NCBI GenBank assembly: GCA_963802945.1
Contig: CAWDKY010000028.1
Coordinates: 146,196-210,195 of the forward strand
DNA: 64,000 nt
Reading direction: 5' to 3'
DNA from: an uncultured delta proteobacterium
GTDB taxonomy: Bacteria; Desulfobacterota; RBG-13-43-22
Shown: piece after piece, positions 50,488 to 61,627 of the stretch
Numbering within the stretch: the first letter of the stretch is position 1
How the letters are laid out: each line of letters opens with the position of its first letter
Notes under the pieces: model-generated
Database searches by the model: none
What the model was told of the DNA's origin: nothing
What the model saw: the letters and a program-made list of their open reading frames with translations, nothing else
Program-made: the position numbers and the translations under genes

Positions 50488-51618
50488 ATGTCCAAAAAGA
50501 ACATTAGGGTAGCTATCTGCGGTGCAGGAAACTGTGCCAGTGCCTTAATACAAGGGATCGAATATTACCGCCACAAGCCATCTGCTCAAGAAGGTTTGAT
50601 GCATAAAAATCTTGGGGGTTATTTGCCCGATGACATTCACATCGTAGCCGCTTTTGATATCGACCGCCGTAAAGTAGGTCGTCCACTAGAAGAAGCCTAT
50701 ATTGGCCCCTCCTAATTGTGTTTACCCGATTTGGTCTTCTCTACCCCATTATGGTGTTGACGTCCAAATGGGACCTGTTTTGGATGGGGTTGCCCCTCAT
50801 ATGAAAGAATTTCCCCCTAATCGAACTTTTTTAACCTCTGATAAAGAACCCGTGGACGTTGAAAAGGTCTTGAGGGAATCCAAGGCCGAAATTTTACTCA
50901 ACTATCTGCCGGTTGGCTCAGCCGAAGCGGTTCGCTATTATGCCCAATGCTGTCTTAACAGCGGGACAAGTTTTGTTAATTGTATGCCGGAATTCATTGC
51001 TTCCGATCCCCAATGGGCCAAAAAATTTCAACAACGTGGGATTCCTCTCATTGGAGATGATATCAAATCCCAAGTTGGTGCCACCATCATTCACCGAGTT
51101 TTAGCTCACCTTTTTGAGGAACGGGGGGTTAAGATCAAGCGGACTTATCAACTGAATACCGGGGGGAACACCGATTTTTTGAATATGCTGGAAAGAAACC
51201 GATTAAAAAACAAAAAGATTTCCAAGACAGAAGCGGTGCAATCCCAGCTAAGCGAACCTCTGGCCAGAAGAAAATATCCATATTGGTCCTTCGGATTATG
51301 TCCCCTGGCAAGAGGATAATAAAGTCTGTTTTTTACGTATTGAAGCCACGTAATTTTTGCGGTGTTCCATTGGAGTTGGAAGCCCGGTTATCGGTTCAGG
51401 ATTCCCCCAACAGCGCTGGAGTGGTCATTGATGCCATACGATATTGCCGGATAGCCCGCGATCGAGGTCATGCCGGTGTATTACTCCCTGCCTCAGCCTA
51501 TCTCATGAAACATCCTCCGGTTCAAATGGAGGATGGAGAGGCCAGGCGGCAAATGGAAGCTTATCTAAATCAAGGCACAAAACAGGTCAAAACTCAAAGT
51601 CCAAAGCTTAAAAATTAA
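50488..51618 (+). CDS. ino1: Myo-inositol-1-phosphate synthase (two frameshifts, near 50700 and 51270)
   Basis: [59 protein letters not shown]. Confidence 0.93.
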
Positions 51619-51780
51619 TACTGAAAGCTCAATGGTCTTAGCTCAAAGGCAATAGGTCAATCATCTTGCTTGACCATTAAATAGAAGTAACCGGTAGTCC
51701 CGCCTTAGAAAAGGAGATTCCATAGATTTCAGTTAAAAATTGAAGGAATGTTCTACCCTTTCAGCTTTGAACCTTGAGTT

Positions 51781-52455
51781 TTGAGCTTCGAAAAGGACAA
51801 CCCTTTGCTCCGTGAAACAAACCTTGGAAAGCGTTATTTGAAGTGGATCGAAGACATTGCCGTCCCCTTTTGTTCTCGTCTGGCATTAAAACCCAATACC
51901 CTGACCTTCCTTGGCCTTTTTTTTAGTCTACTAACGATTCCCGCCTACATGTATTCCCTCTGGCTGGGTGGAATAGGGATCCTGGTTTCCGGGGCTCTGG
52001 ATACCCTGGATGGCGGACTGGCTAAAAAAACCAATCAACAAACACGATCCGGCGCCTTCCTTGATTCTGTTTTGGATCGATACAGCGATTTTTTTGCCGT
52101 CGTTGGTATCTGGCTCTATTTTTTTGTAAATCCCCTCAAACACCCCAATTTAATGACGGCCCTTCTTTTTCTTTTTTTGACCGGTTCTTTTCTGGTCAGT
52201 TATTCCCGTGCCCGGGGAGAAGGACTTGGCCTATCTATGTCAGTCGGATATTTGGGTCGGGCCGAACGGGTAATAGCCCTGGGAGTTGGATCCATTTTGA
52301 ACGATCTTTTTATAGGTTTCTTTCCCTCGCAAGCCTGGGCGGTCAATCATCTTTTTTTTATCGTCCTTCTTTTTTTGCTCGCCTTGGGAACACACTTTAC
52401 TGCCCTGCAACGGATATTATATTTGTTTAACAACCTTGATTCTTCTCCAAAATAA
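51781..52455 (+). CDS. CDP-alcohol phosphatidyltransferase (phosphatidylinositol-phosphate synthase-like)
   Basis: PNTLT, DTLDGGLA...GAFLDSVLDRYSD, LVSYSRARGE, RAER; downstream of ino1; exact start uncertain. Confidence 0.88.
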   Translation: MSFEKDNPLLRETNLGKRYLKWIEDIAVPFCSRLALKPNTLTFLGLFFSLLTIPAYMYSLWLGGIGILVSGALDTLDGGLAKKTNQQTRSGAFLDSVLDRYSDFFAVVGIWLYFFVNPLKHPNLMTALLFLFLTGSFLVSYSRARGEGLGLSMSVGYLGRAERVIALGVGSILNDLFIGFFPSQAWAVNHLFFIVLLFLLALGTHFTALQRILYLFNNLDSSPK

Positions 52456-52520
52456 TGGTGACACCCTGAAACTTAAATGGTATTGACGTCTTTAAAATCC
52501 TTAGTTAGCATAAATGTCGC

Positions 52521-54029
52521 ATGATCCCATTTTTCAAAAATTGGCCTTATGTTAAACAATTATTTACCCTTCTGATGGGCCTGTTTTGTTTCCGATTGAT
52601 CTATGTCTTGTTTTTACCCCTTTCCCCACAAGAAACCTATTACTGGGTTTATTCGCTCCATCCGGCGCTTAGCTATTTTGATCATCCTCCTTTGGCCGCC
52701 TACACTATTTTCCTGCTCAGTAAGCTTTTCGGTCCAACCGTTTTGGCCATTCGTCTGGGTTCCCTGCTCTATTCTTTTGGATTTAGTTGGATTGTTTTTT
52801 TGTTAGGAAAAAAGATGTTTGATGAGCGGACAGGCTTTCAAGCTGTTTTACTGATGAATCTTCTGCCCACCTTTGCTGTCACTTCATTGATTATGACCCC
52901 GGATTCCCCCCTGATTTTTTTCTGGTGCCTTGCCTGGTTCTTTATCCTCCAGGCGAACCAAGAGGATCGTTATTCCTTTTATCTTTGGGCGGGAATTGGT
53001 CTGGGCCTGGCCCTTATGTCTAAGTACACGGCTGTTCTTTTTCCTGTTTCCGTGTTTCTATTCCTGATCGTCTCTCCTGACCACCGTCACCATTTGAAAA
53101 GGATAGAACCGTATGGGGGCCTAATACTGGCTCTAATGATCTTCAGCCCGGTTTTGATTTGGAACTCTCAAAATCACTGGACCTCTTTTGCCTTTCAATC
53201 CACACAAAGAGCCGGTGAGATGAGGGTTTTTGAATGGGAGGAACTGGGGGCTTTCTTGGCTTCACAAGCTGGGATCCTCACTCCGCTCGTTTTTGCCGGC
53301 CTTTGCTGGACCATCGGATTGGCCATCAAACGATTTTGGCAGGTCCAATCGTGGAAGGAAACCTTTCTACTCAGTCTGGCCTTGCCCATGGTGGTTTTAT
53401 TTACCTTGGTGGCTACCCGGGAGTGGGTCAAGATAAACTGGCTGATCCCGGCCTACCCTCCTTTGCTGCTGTTAATGGTTGCCTTTTATCAAAGCAGGGC
53501 TTTCGGATGGAAAGGTATCTATTATGGCTATGCCCGATGGACCTGGATCAGTGTGGTTCTAATTTTTATTATTTTTCACCTCTGGCCTTTGGTTCCCCAG
53601 TTCCCGGTTGCCGGTTCTGCAGATACCATGACCGGGTGGCAGGAATTGGCTGAGCGTCTAGAGAAAATTCAAAACGAAACGAAAGGTGGGCCTCTTCCTT
53701 TTATTTTTTCTTGGGGACATAAGACCGCATCTGAATTACAGTTTTATCTTAAAGACCAGCCGGAAACTTTCGCCCAGACCGTTTTAGGGAAAAAGGCCTT
53801 GGCCTATGATTATTGGTTTGATGCCAAACCTTTGAAAGGAAAGGATGCCCTTTTTGTTTGGTCCGATTTTGAAGGTTTCCCGGATGAAAAATCAGGGCTT
53901 CTGGAAAAATATTTCGAGCGTATTGAAAGCCTGGAACCTTTCACCGTTTTTCGCGGAAAATGTCCCCTCAGGACCTTTCGGATTTATCGATGTTACGGCT
54001 ATAAAGGCTATGCTTCCATTCAACCTTGA
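52521..54029 (+). CDS. GT-C fold membrane glycosyltransferase (ArnT/PMT-like)
   Basis: ETYYW, YFDHPPL, TPDSPL, SKYT, WN.Q..W.SF.FQ; many TM segments. Confidence 0.88.
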   Translation: MIPFFKNWPYVKQLFTLLMGLFCFRLIYVLFLPLSPQETYYWVYSLHPALSYFDHPPLAAYTIFLLSKLFGPTVLAIRLGSLLYSFGFSWIVFLLGKKMFDERTGFQAVLLMNLLPTFAVTSLIMTPDSPLIFFWCLAWFFILQANQEDRYSFYLWAGIGLGLALMSKYTAVLFPVSVFLFLIVSPDHRHHLKRIEPYGGLILALMIFSPVLIWNSQNHWTSFAFQSTQRAGEMRVFEWEELGAFLASQAGILTPLVFAGLCWTIGLAIKRFWQVQSWKETFLLSLALPMVVLFTLVATREWVKINWLIPAYPPLLLLMVAFYQSRAFGWKGIYYGYARWTWISVVLIFIIFHLWPLVPQFPVAGSADTMTGWQELAERLEKIQNETKGGPLPFIFSWGHKTASELQFYLKDQPETFAQTVLGKKALAYDYWFDAKPLKGKDALFVWSDFEGFPDEKSGLLEKYFERIESLEPFTVFRGKCPLRTFRIYRCYGYKGYASIQP

Positions 54030-54043
54030 GGCAAGAGAAGAAT

Positions 54044-56218
54044 CTAAAGCAGATGGATCAGTCTTTCTTTTAAATAACTGTACCGCAATTGGGGTTTATT
54101 ATTTTTGATGCCGATGGCCAGGGCTTTTTTTGTCCCTACCAAGACAACAACCCTTTTGGCCCGGGTTACGGCCGTGTAGATCAGGTTTCTTTGCAATAAG
54201 ATAAAGTGTTGGAGCATGACTGGCATAATCACGGCCGGGTATTCATTGCCCTGGGACTTATGCACGGAAATCGCATAGGCCAGAACTAGCTCTTCCAATT
54301 CACTGAAATCATAGACCACAAATCGGCCGTCAAAATTGACCCAGATTTCCTGATTCTCATGGTCAATTTTGTTCAGACGGCCGATATCGCCATTAAAAAC
54401 CTCCTTGTCGTAATTGTTCCGTATTTGCATAACCTTGTCCCCTACCTTGTAAACCCGGGGGCCTCGTTGTACAGACCTTTGGTCTTTGTTTATTTGTTGC
54501 TGAAGAAAATGATTCAGATTGTCGGCCCCGACTACACCTTTATACATCGGGGTCAAGACCTGGATATCCTGCAAAGGATCAATCCCGTACCGTTTGGGCA
54601 GCCTTTCCTGGACCAGTTCCAGTATCCAACGGGCAGCCTTTTCCGGCTCTTCCTGATCCAGGAAATAGAACTCTTGATTTTTATCTCCCTTGTCTTTGAC
54701 CAGGATGGGCATTTCCCCCTGATGAATCCGATGGGCATTGACGACGATCAAACTCCCTTCTTTCTGTCTGAAAATCCGGTTCAATTGAACTACAGACATC
54801 CTTTGGGATTGAATAAAATCGGAAAGGACGTTTCCCGGGCCAACTGAAGGCAGCTGAAAAACATCACCGACCAGAATCAGGACCGCTCGGTCGGGTATGG
54901 CCTTCAGAAGATGAAACATCAAATAGGTATCAACCATGGAGGCTTCATCGATGATCACCAGATCGGACGAGAGAGGATGGTCTTCATTTTTTTGAAATCC
55001 GCCCATCTTGGGATTGTACCCCAAACCCCGATGGATGGTGGCCGCCGGATAATGGGTCACCTCGGAAAGGCGCTTGGCGGCCCGGCCGGTGGGGGCCATC
55101 AAGGTGCATCGCCGCCCCAACAGTTTAAAGATCTCCAATATGGAACGAATGATGGTGGTCTTTCCAGTGCCCGGCCCCCCGGTAATTATCAGGATTTTTT
55201 CCGACAGGGCCTTTCGAACCGCCTCCTTTTGTTGACCGGACAAGGTGATACGCAGCGATTTTTCCACTTGAGCAATGATCGTTTCTGTCCGAGAGTCTTT
55301 CTTGATTTTTTCTTTCAAAAGAATCCGGATTCTTTGGGCAATGCCTTCCTCAGCCATATCCAGATAGGGTAAAAAAATATAAGTTATTCCGTTTTCACCC
55401 TGCTGGAGGCGAAGTTGATTTTTTTGGATCAAATCTTTAAGGACAGGACCAAGTTGATCAGAGTCCACCTCCAATTGAAGGGAGGCGGCCTGAATCAAAT
55501 CTTCTTCAGGGAGGCACACCTGACCCTCTTCACTTTTCTGCTGCAGAATATAATGCAAACCGGCCTGGAGTCTCACTTGGGCGTCCTTGGCTATACCCAT
55601 TTTTTGAGCAATGCGATCGGCAGTCAGAAAGCCCACCCCAAAGATATCGGCAGCCAGACCGTAAGGATTCTCTTGAATTCGGGTTACCGCCTGCTGGCCA
55701 TAGGTCTTAAATATCTTGGTGGCCAATCCGGTACTGACCCCATAGCCCTGTAAGAAAATCATGATCCGCCGAATCTCTTTTTGTTCTTTCCAGGCCTCCT
55801 TAATCTGAGCAATCCGTTTCGGTCCCATACCATCCACTTTGGAGAGCTGCCGAATATCTCTCTCAATAATATCCAGGGTCTTTAAGCCGAATTGTTTGAC
55901 GATCCTTTTGGCTATTTCCGGGCCGATCCCTTTGACCAACCCGGATCCTAAATACTTTTCTATTCCTCCCACAGTGGCCGGAATTAAGGATTCATAATTT
56001 TCTATACGTACCTGAAGACCGTATTTGGGATGCTGTTCATAATAACCAGTGATTTTCAATACCTCTCCGGGCGTGACGGAAAATAAGTAACCGATAACCG
56101 GAATCGTATCCCTTTGCCCCTTGACCTTCATTCTGGCAATAGTGAAGTGATCTTCTTCATTATGAAAGGAAATCCGTTCGATTGAGCCTTCCAGGGTTAT
56201 CAGGGTCTTGGAGTTCAA
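54044..56218 (-). CDS. recD2: ATP-dependent RecD-like helicase RecD2
   Basis: HhH N-terminus, GGPGTGKT, DEASM, QLPSVGPG, YAISVHKSQG, YTAVTR. Confidence 0.95.
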   Translation of the reverse strand: MNSKTLITLEGSIERISFHNEEDHFTIARMKVKGQRDTIPVIGYLFSVTPGEVLKITGYYEQHPKYGLQVRIENYESLIPATVGGIEKYLGSGLVKGIGPEIAKRIVKQFGLKTLDIIERDIRQLSKVDGMGPKRIAQIKEAWKEQKEIRRIMIFLQGYGVSTGLATKIFKTYGQQAVTRIQENPYGLAADIFGVGFLTADRIAQKMGIAKDAQVRLQAGLHYILQQKSEEGQVCLPEEDLIQAASLQLEVDSDQLGPVLKDLIQKNQLRLQQGENGITYIFLPYLDMAEEGIAQRIRILLKEKIKKDSRTETIIAQVEKSLRITLSGQQKEAVRKALSEKILIITGGPGTGKTTIIRSILEIFKLLGRRCTLMAPTGRAAKRLSEVTHYPAATIHRGLGYNPKMGGFQKNEDHPLSSDLVIIDEASMVDTYLMFHLLKAIPDRAVLILVGDVFQLPSVGPGNVLSDFIQSQRMSVVQLNRIFRQKEGSLIVVNAHRIHQGEMPILVKDKGDKNQEFYFLDQEEPEKAARWILELVQERLPKRYGIDPLQDIQVLTPMYKGVVGADNLNHFLQQQINKDQRSVQRGPRVYKVGDKVMQIRNNYDKEVFNGDIGRLNKIDHENQEIWVNFDGRFVVYDFSELEELVLAYAISVHKSQGNEYPAVIMPVMLQHFILLQRNLIYTAVTRAKRVVVLVGTKKALAIGIKNNKPQLRYSYLKERLIHLL

Positions 56219-56288
56219 AAGGTCTCCTCATTATTCCACAAAGTTAGTAAGGGTCCTAAAATACTATAGACCATAGTTTCCTACAAGA

Positions 56289-56496
56289 GTTGAAGGGTCT
56301 TCTTTTTGGGATTGTCGACCAGAAGGGCTTAAACTTCTTTGCCGGGCCAAACGTTGAATCTCATTCGGAAGCAGGCCGACACCCAAGCCCAAAATAGGCT
56401 TTAGTGAAGGCTCTAATCCTCATCCCATTAGCTGTCCGGGCCGGATTATGGCTATAAGTTATCATTTAGATAACCCAGGAAAGAAGACCCTCCAAC
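56289..56496. other. Structured ~208 nt element (candidate ncRNA or MITE)
   Basis: GTTGAAGGGTCTTCTTTTTGGGATTGTC pairs with GATAACCCAGGAAAGAAGACCCTCCAAC; internal hairpins; no ORF. Confidence 0.45.
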
Positions 56497-56778
56497 CCTA
56501 TTTCTGGCGAGACTTTCATTTTAATATTGATACTACATTGATGCTACAATGAGACCCTTAGTAAATAACAATGAATCATAATTTAAATCCACTAACGGGT
56601 CAATACCAATCGGATATCCCAGCACCTCCCTTATCGGATTTTCAGAAAACTATTTCTTGACATCCCGCCTTAAGATAACTATCTAATCTACCATGGCCCC
56701 AAAAACAAATTTATAACCTTTACTTGTCGATTTCAATGCCCGGTCTGGCAATCTAATATTAAGTGATATTAAATCCCT

Positions 56779-57724
56779 ATGCCTAATTTTTTTTTGATCT
56801 TGGACATTTTAACAAGGTATCGGGTACGATCACCGCTTGGAGTCTTTTTCGTACTCTTTGGGATAGCCGCAACCTGCCCCGCTTGGGGAGCGACCTATCA
56901 ACCCTCCTGGCCGATATTTTCAGAGGTCCAGGGTGGGGAAGCCATGTATGCGGTTAAAAAAAACGATTCCCTATATTCCATTTCAGGCCGAGATGGCTCT
57001 ACCTGGCAATATCTGGCCAAACGGAATAACCTTAATCCACTTCGTAACTTATCCATAGGACAATCTCTGGTGGTCAACAATCGTCATATTATTCCCCAGA
57101 CTCAAATTATCGACGGACTGTTGCTGAACATTGCCGAACATATGTTGTATTTGTTTGAACAGGGAATTTTAATCCAACGATTTCCTGTGGGGGTTGGACG
57201 ACCTGACTGGCCGACCCCTGTTGGTTTTTTCAAGATCATAGGAAAATATAAAAACCCCACCTGGACGGTCCCGAAATCCATCCAGGAAGAAATGATAAGG
57301 GAAGGAAAAATCGTTTCGGAAAAGGTCCCAGCCGGGGCCGGACAATCCCCTTGGGAAATATTGGCTTCCCTTATCAATTGCGGGTTATGGGATTCATGCC
57401 ACGATTTGGCCGGAAAGTATTGGTCATTCGACCAGCCACGGTTGTATTCGAATGGCCGCAGAAGATATTGAAAATCTTTTTAAACGCATAAAACCGGGAA
57501 TCCCTATAACGATCGTCTACGAACCTTTGAAGATGGCTCTCACCTCGGACAATAAAATATTTTTAGAGGCTCACTCTAACACATATCAAAAACCGTTCTC
57601 TTCTTGGCATTATGTTAAAAAATTGTCCGCTGAAAAAGGTCTGTCCGGTCAAATCGATTGGGGCAAGGCGGCCCAAGTTCTTAACGAAAGAAATGGAATT
57701 GCCGAAGAAATAACCCTAGAGTAA
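56779..57724 (+). CDS. LysM plus L,D-transpeptidase (YkuD) protein (frameshift near 57335)
   Basis: LysM region, FPVGVG...TP.G, PTWTVP; shifted frame encodes YGIHAT.WP.SIG...SHGCIRM. Confidence 0.9.
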
Positions 57725-57820
57725 AACTGAAGGTTATTAAAGATAGGATGAACGGTAAAAAGTCATCTTATGAGACGGCACAGTAAAAATCACCACATAC
57801 AAGGTATGGATCCAGAGGTT

Positions 57821-58585
57821 TTAATGACGTGCCCAGTTACGCAATGAGGAGATATTTTGCCCGCCTTTTGAGGAATGAAGGGCCTTAAAAATCGGTTTTT
57901 GATAAATTTCAATCAAATTGGCGGCAATTTTTTTGACTAAGGAGGCCGGCACACCAACGAATAATTCGTTTTTTCCCATAGCGGCAGAAATACGGTCCCC
58001 CACCCCATTCACGGTCATATTCACTTTTTTTTGTTGGTAAGGATATACAATAACATCACCACAAACCCCTTGAAACCCTGTTCCCACACAAAAATCGTTC
58101 CGTTCACCCGACAGGTACTGGTTGGCTGTCAATAACCACATGGCCTGTTCCGAATTGACTTTAAAGAGGACAATATCGACTCCCATAACCGCCTTTTCTA
58201 AAGGGCTCATGGCCAAGCCTTTGGTTTGGCCGGCCGGTAAGCAGATTCCTTTGGAAAAATAATTCTGGGAGGCCTCTTCGTTGCCAAATATACCGATGTG
58301 AACGCCTTGTTTGTGTTTTCCCGGTTTGGGAGATTCCTTTTTAAACCCCAGGGTGGTCAACCCCATGGCACATTGGACATCGGCCCGTCTCAAAAAAATG
58401 CTTTTCCCTTTAAAGGCCTCCATGATCCCAAAGCAAAAACTGGGGATCGGCGTCTCTGGTTTTTTTAATACCACCGGGATTTCTTCGTGGGTTTTAATAA
58501 TCCGGACGGCGACAGGGCCGGTTTTAAGTTGAAGTATTCGACGATAGGTCCGGGCCAATTCCTGTACATTTTCCATACGGTACAT
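57821..58585 (-). CDS. DUF169 family protein
   Basis: L.LKTGPVAV, FC, C.MG..LG, Q.VCGD, GDR patterns. Confidence 0.7.
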   Translation of the reverse strand: MYRMENVQELARTYRRILQLKTGPVAVRIIKTHEEIPVVLKKPETPIPSFCFGIMEAFKGKSIFLRRADVQCAMGLTTLGFKKESPKPGKHKQGVHIGIFGNEEASQNYFSKGICLPAGQTKGLAMSPLEKAVMGVDIVLFKVNSEQAMWLLTANQYLSGERNDFCVGTGFQGVCGDVIVYPYQQKKVNMTVNGVGDRISAAMGKNELFVGVPASLVKKIAANLIEIYQKPIFKALHSSKGGQNISSLRNWARH

Positions 58586-58610
58586 CCCTTAAAAGGTTAC
58601 TTGAATGATG

Positions 58611-58919
58611 TTAATTTTTTCGCTTTCGATCTAAAAGAGAAACAACTTTACCTTTTAGTTCGGTAGGAAGAGGCGCTAGTTCTTCCTGAGGAACCTCAAC
58701 TTTTTCGATATGGACCTTTTTCCCACCCATCGTGAATTCCTCGCCCTGCACATATTCCGGTAAAAGAATCCATTCACCCGTTGAAACCGGGACCTGAAGG
58801 ATTAAAAACTTCATTCGCACCCAGCCGGGTTTTGTGTCCGGGATTATGTTTTCAATTCGAGCAAAAAAAATGGGTTGGTTTTCCAAATAAATCAAGACGA
58901 GATCTTTGAGATCCGTCAT
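58611..58919 (-). CDS. Conserved hypothetical protein
   Basis: 102-aa ORF, DLVLIY.E..P.FFARIE.I.PD.K.GW, GEEFTMGG; no function recognised. Confidence 0.7.
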   Translation of the reverse strand: MTDLKDLVLIYLENQPIFFARIENIIPDTKPGWVRMKFLILQVPVSTGEWILLPEYVQGEEFTMGGKKVHIEKVEVPQEELAPLPTELKGKVVSLLDRKRKN

Positions 58920-59278
58920 ACCTATCTTTTTCTTTCTTTTTGGAAGAGGCCGGAAAAATTAGTTGAAAAATATAAAGCGAGTGTTAAACCCTAGCCAAGT
59001 TGTCGGTCCAGACTGTGGCAACAAAAAAATAAAAATCTTCACGATTAAAGGTTCTCCAAGCTAAACTCTAATCCATAGTTGGGAACGGTTTTTTTATAAT
59101 GGCCTAGACGGGAAAAGTCAACAAGAAATTTACACTAAGTTGTTTTTTGACATCAATTCTATTTTTGAAATTTATCTTTTTATAAAAAGCCTCGGTATTA
59201 TTTTTCTTTGACTTCATTCCCGTTTAGTATTAATAACATTAGGGTCAACTAATGATCAATTGTTCAGGAGAAATTTGC

Positions 59279-59354
<76 letters not shown>

Positions 59355-59530
59355 AGCATTTTAGTACTCCTCCATAAACCGTTATTCTCGGGAGTGAGCT
59401 TTCAGACGTTAGTTTTCAGCAGGATACTTAAACAATGCTGGGTTGCCTTTAGGGTGTCCGCTGTCGATAAAGGTTTTATTTAGGAATCTTGGATTTCGAG
59501 AAAAACACTACTTAAAAAAAGGAGAACGCC

Positions 59531-60421
59531 ATGATTGTAAATTTTTTTAGAATATTGTCTATCATTGTCATTGTAATGGTTATGACTCCCCACGGCCTTC
59601 TAGCTCAAGACAAAGAAGTTTTGGCTAAAATTGGAAACAAAACCATAACCATCGCCGACCTCAATAAAGTTATAAGTTTTTATGATCCGGAACAGCAGAA
59701 AGTCATCGGTCAAAATCCTCAGATCAAGGAAAACATCCTCTGGCAAATGGTCAGGAGCACGGTTGTCGCCAACGTCGCCAGAAAAAAAGGTTTTGAAAAA
59801 AAACCTGACATTAGAAATCAACAAGAAATGATGATTAATAATTTTCTGGCTGCGATGTATTTGCAAAAAGAAATCCTTGATAAAATTACCATTAATGATG
59901 ATAAGGCTCGCTCTTATTACAAGGATCATACCGAATCCTTCAAAACCCCGGAAATGATCCGGGCCAGACATATTTTGATAAAAACCGAGGCTTCGGCTAC
60001 AGATGAGGAAAAGAAAAAAGCTAAGGCAAAAGCCGAAGAGGTCCTTGCTAAAATAAAAAAGGGCGAAGATTTTTCTAAATTGGCTTCAGAGGTATCCAAC
60101 GATCCGGGAACCAAAGACAAAGGGGGCGATCTGGATTTCTTCCCTAAAGGAACCATGGTCCCTGCTTTTGAAGAAGTGGCTTTTTCTCTTAAGCCGGGGG
60201 AGGTCAGTGGAATAGTGGAAACAGAATACGGTTATCACCTTATCAAAATGGAAGAAAAAAAAGATGCCCACCTCGAACCTTATGAAAACATCAAAGACAA
60301 AGTGAAAGATCAGGCCCTGCAAGAAATGAGGAAGGCCGCAGTCACTGAGTTTGTTGATAAGGCAATGAAGAACGCTCGAGTGGAAGTCTATTCCGGGTTG
60401 ACCGGCAAACCTAAAAACTAA
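59531..60421 (+). CDS. PpiC/parvulin-type peptidyl-prolyl isomerase (PrsA-like)
   Basis: Signal peptide, RARHIL, GGDLDFF..G.MVP.FE.VAF, ETEYGYHLI. Confidence 0.92.
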   Translation: MIVNFFRILSIIVIVMVMTPHGLLAQDKEVLAKIGNKTITIADLNKVISFYDPEQQKVIGQNPQIKENILWQMVRSTVVANVARKKGFEKKPDIRNQQEMMINNFLAAMYLQKEILDKITINDDKARSYYKDHTESFKTPEMIRARHILIKTEASATDEEKKKAKAKAEEVLAKIKKGEDFSKLASEVSNDPGTKDKGGDLDFFPKGTMVPAFEEVAFSLKPGEVSGIVETEYGYHLIKMEEKKDAHLEPYENIKDKVKDQALQEMRKAAVTEFVDKAMKNARVEVYSGLTGKPKN

Positions 60422-60532
60422 AGAGTTTAGGATGTTAAAGATCATATTGGCCCAAGGTACAAGGTTTATGGTTTACGATTTTCTTTGAACCTTAAACCTT
60501 GTACCTTACTTTTAGCCCCTGGAGGCCTTTTC

Positions 60533-61627
60533 TCACAATTCCAACACCCGTTGATCCAACATCTCTTTCAGAGTTGGATAATCAAATCCGGGGATAAAGC
60601 CGAATACTTTTCCCCAGACCGATGTATTTTCCATGCACAGATAGACCGTGACCCCCTCACCGTACGCTTTGATCCAATGGAGCAATTTACGATAAATCTC
60701 CACCCTTATAGATTGCGGGTAACGCATTTTTTTATCCAGGGCGGGGATAAATTCCTGATGAATATACTGGGCCTTCGGATTACGCTCTTGAATAATAGGT
60801 TTTAATGCCGGTAGGAATCGAAAACATCCCAGGCTGATCCAGGCGATTTTTTCCGGTCGGATTTTGGAAAAAAGGAGTCGAACCGTTTGTTGATAGGCTT
60901 CCTCCCATCCTGGAAAATAAAAGATGGGATCGAAGTGAAACCCCAGGCAATATCCTTTTTCTTGACAAACAGCAGCTGCTTCCAAACGTTCATCCAACGA
61001 TGCGGCCCATCGCTCTTCTTTCCCGATAATCTTTTGTGGATTGAGAGACCAGGAGACAAAGATGTTTTTTAAAGGAGTGGCCTGAATGAGATTTTGAATG
61101 GCCGCCGTCTTGGTTTTTAATTCAACCCACACATTGGGGCAGGAGGATAATTCCTTGGACAATAACTGGCTGAAACCGGTCAAATGATCCAAAGCCAGGC
61201 TGTCCGTAAATTCACCGGTACCCAGTCGGAGAATTTCCCCTTGATGTTTATGGGCGTAGGTTTTCAGCTTTAGGAAAATTTCATCGGTATTGACAAAAAT
61301 GCGGATATAAGGCTGGTTGAAATAGGCCTGAAGTATACAATAACTGCAGTCTATGGGGCAGTTGGATCCTATATGTAAAATTTGATACCCGCAGCAAAGA
61401 TAATCCTTGGTCCCTGGACAAGGCTTGATTAATTCTCCCTTAAAACAAGTTAGATAGAGGATCTTTTTTGATTCGGATAGGGTTTCCGCCCGGAAAGGTA
61501 AAACAGAACCTTGATCGACCCAGGTCACCGGCAAACCAGGAAGGGCATCCAAAACTTTTTGGGTCATTGGAGCTGATTCGGCCCTTTTTTCGATGATAAT
61601 TTTTTTTATATGCTTAGGGCAGGTCAT
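60533..61627 (-). CDS. Spore photoproduct lyase-like radical SAM protein
   Basis: CPIDCSYC radical SAM motif, CPGT..YLCC, GTGEFTDSL, ELKTK, HFDPI, YLCME. Confidence 0.85.
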   Translation of the reverse strand: MTCPKHIKKIIIEKRAESAPMTQKVLDALPGLPVTWVDQGSVLPFRAETLSESKKILYLTCFKGELIKPCPGTKDYLCCGYQILHIGSNCPIDCSYCILQAYFNQPYIRIFVNTDEIFLKLKTYAHKHQGEILRLGTGEFTDSLALDHLTGFSQLLSKELSSCPNVWVELKTKTAAIQNLIQATPLKNIFVSWSLNPQKIIGKEERWAASLDERLEAAAVCQEKGYCLGFHFDPIFYFPGWEEAYQQTVRLLFSKIRPEKIAWISLGCFRFLPALKPIIQERNPKAQYIHQEFIPALDKKMRYPQSIRVEIYRKLLHWIKAYGEGVTVYLCMENTSVWGKVFGFIPGFDYPTLKEMLDQRVLEL

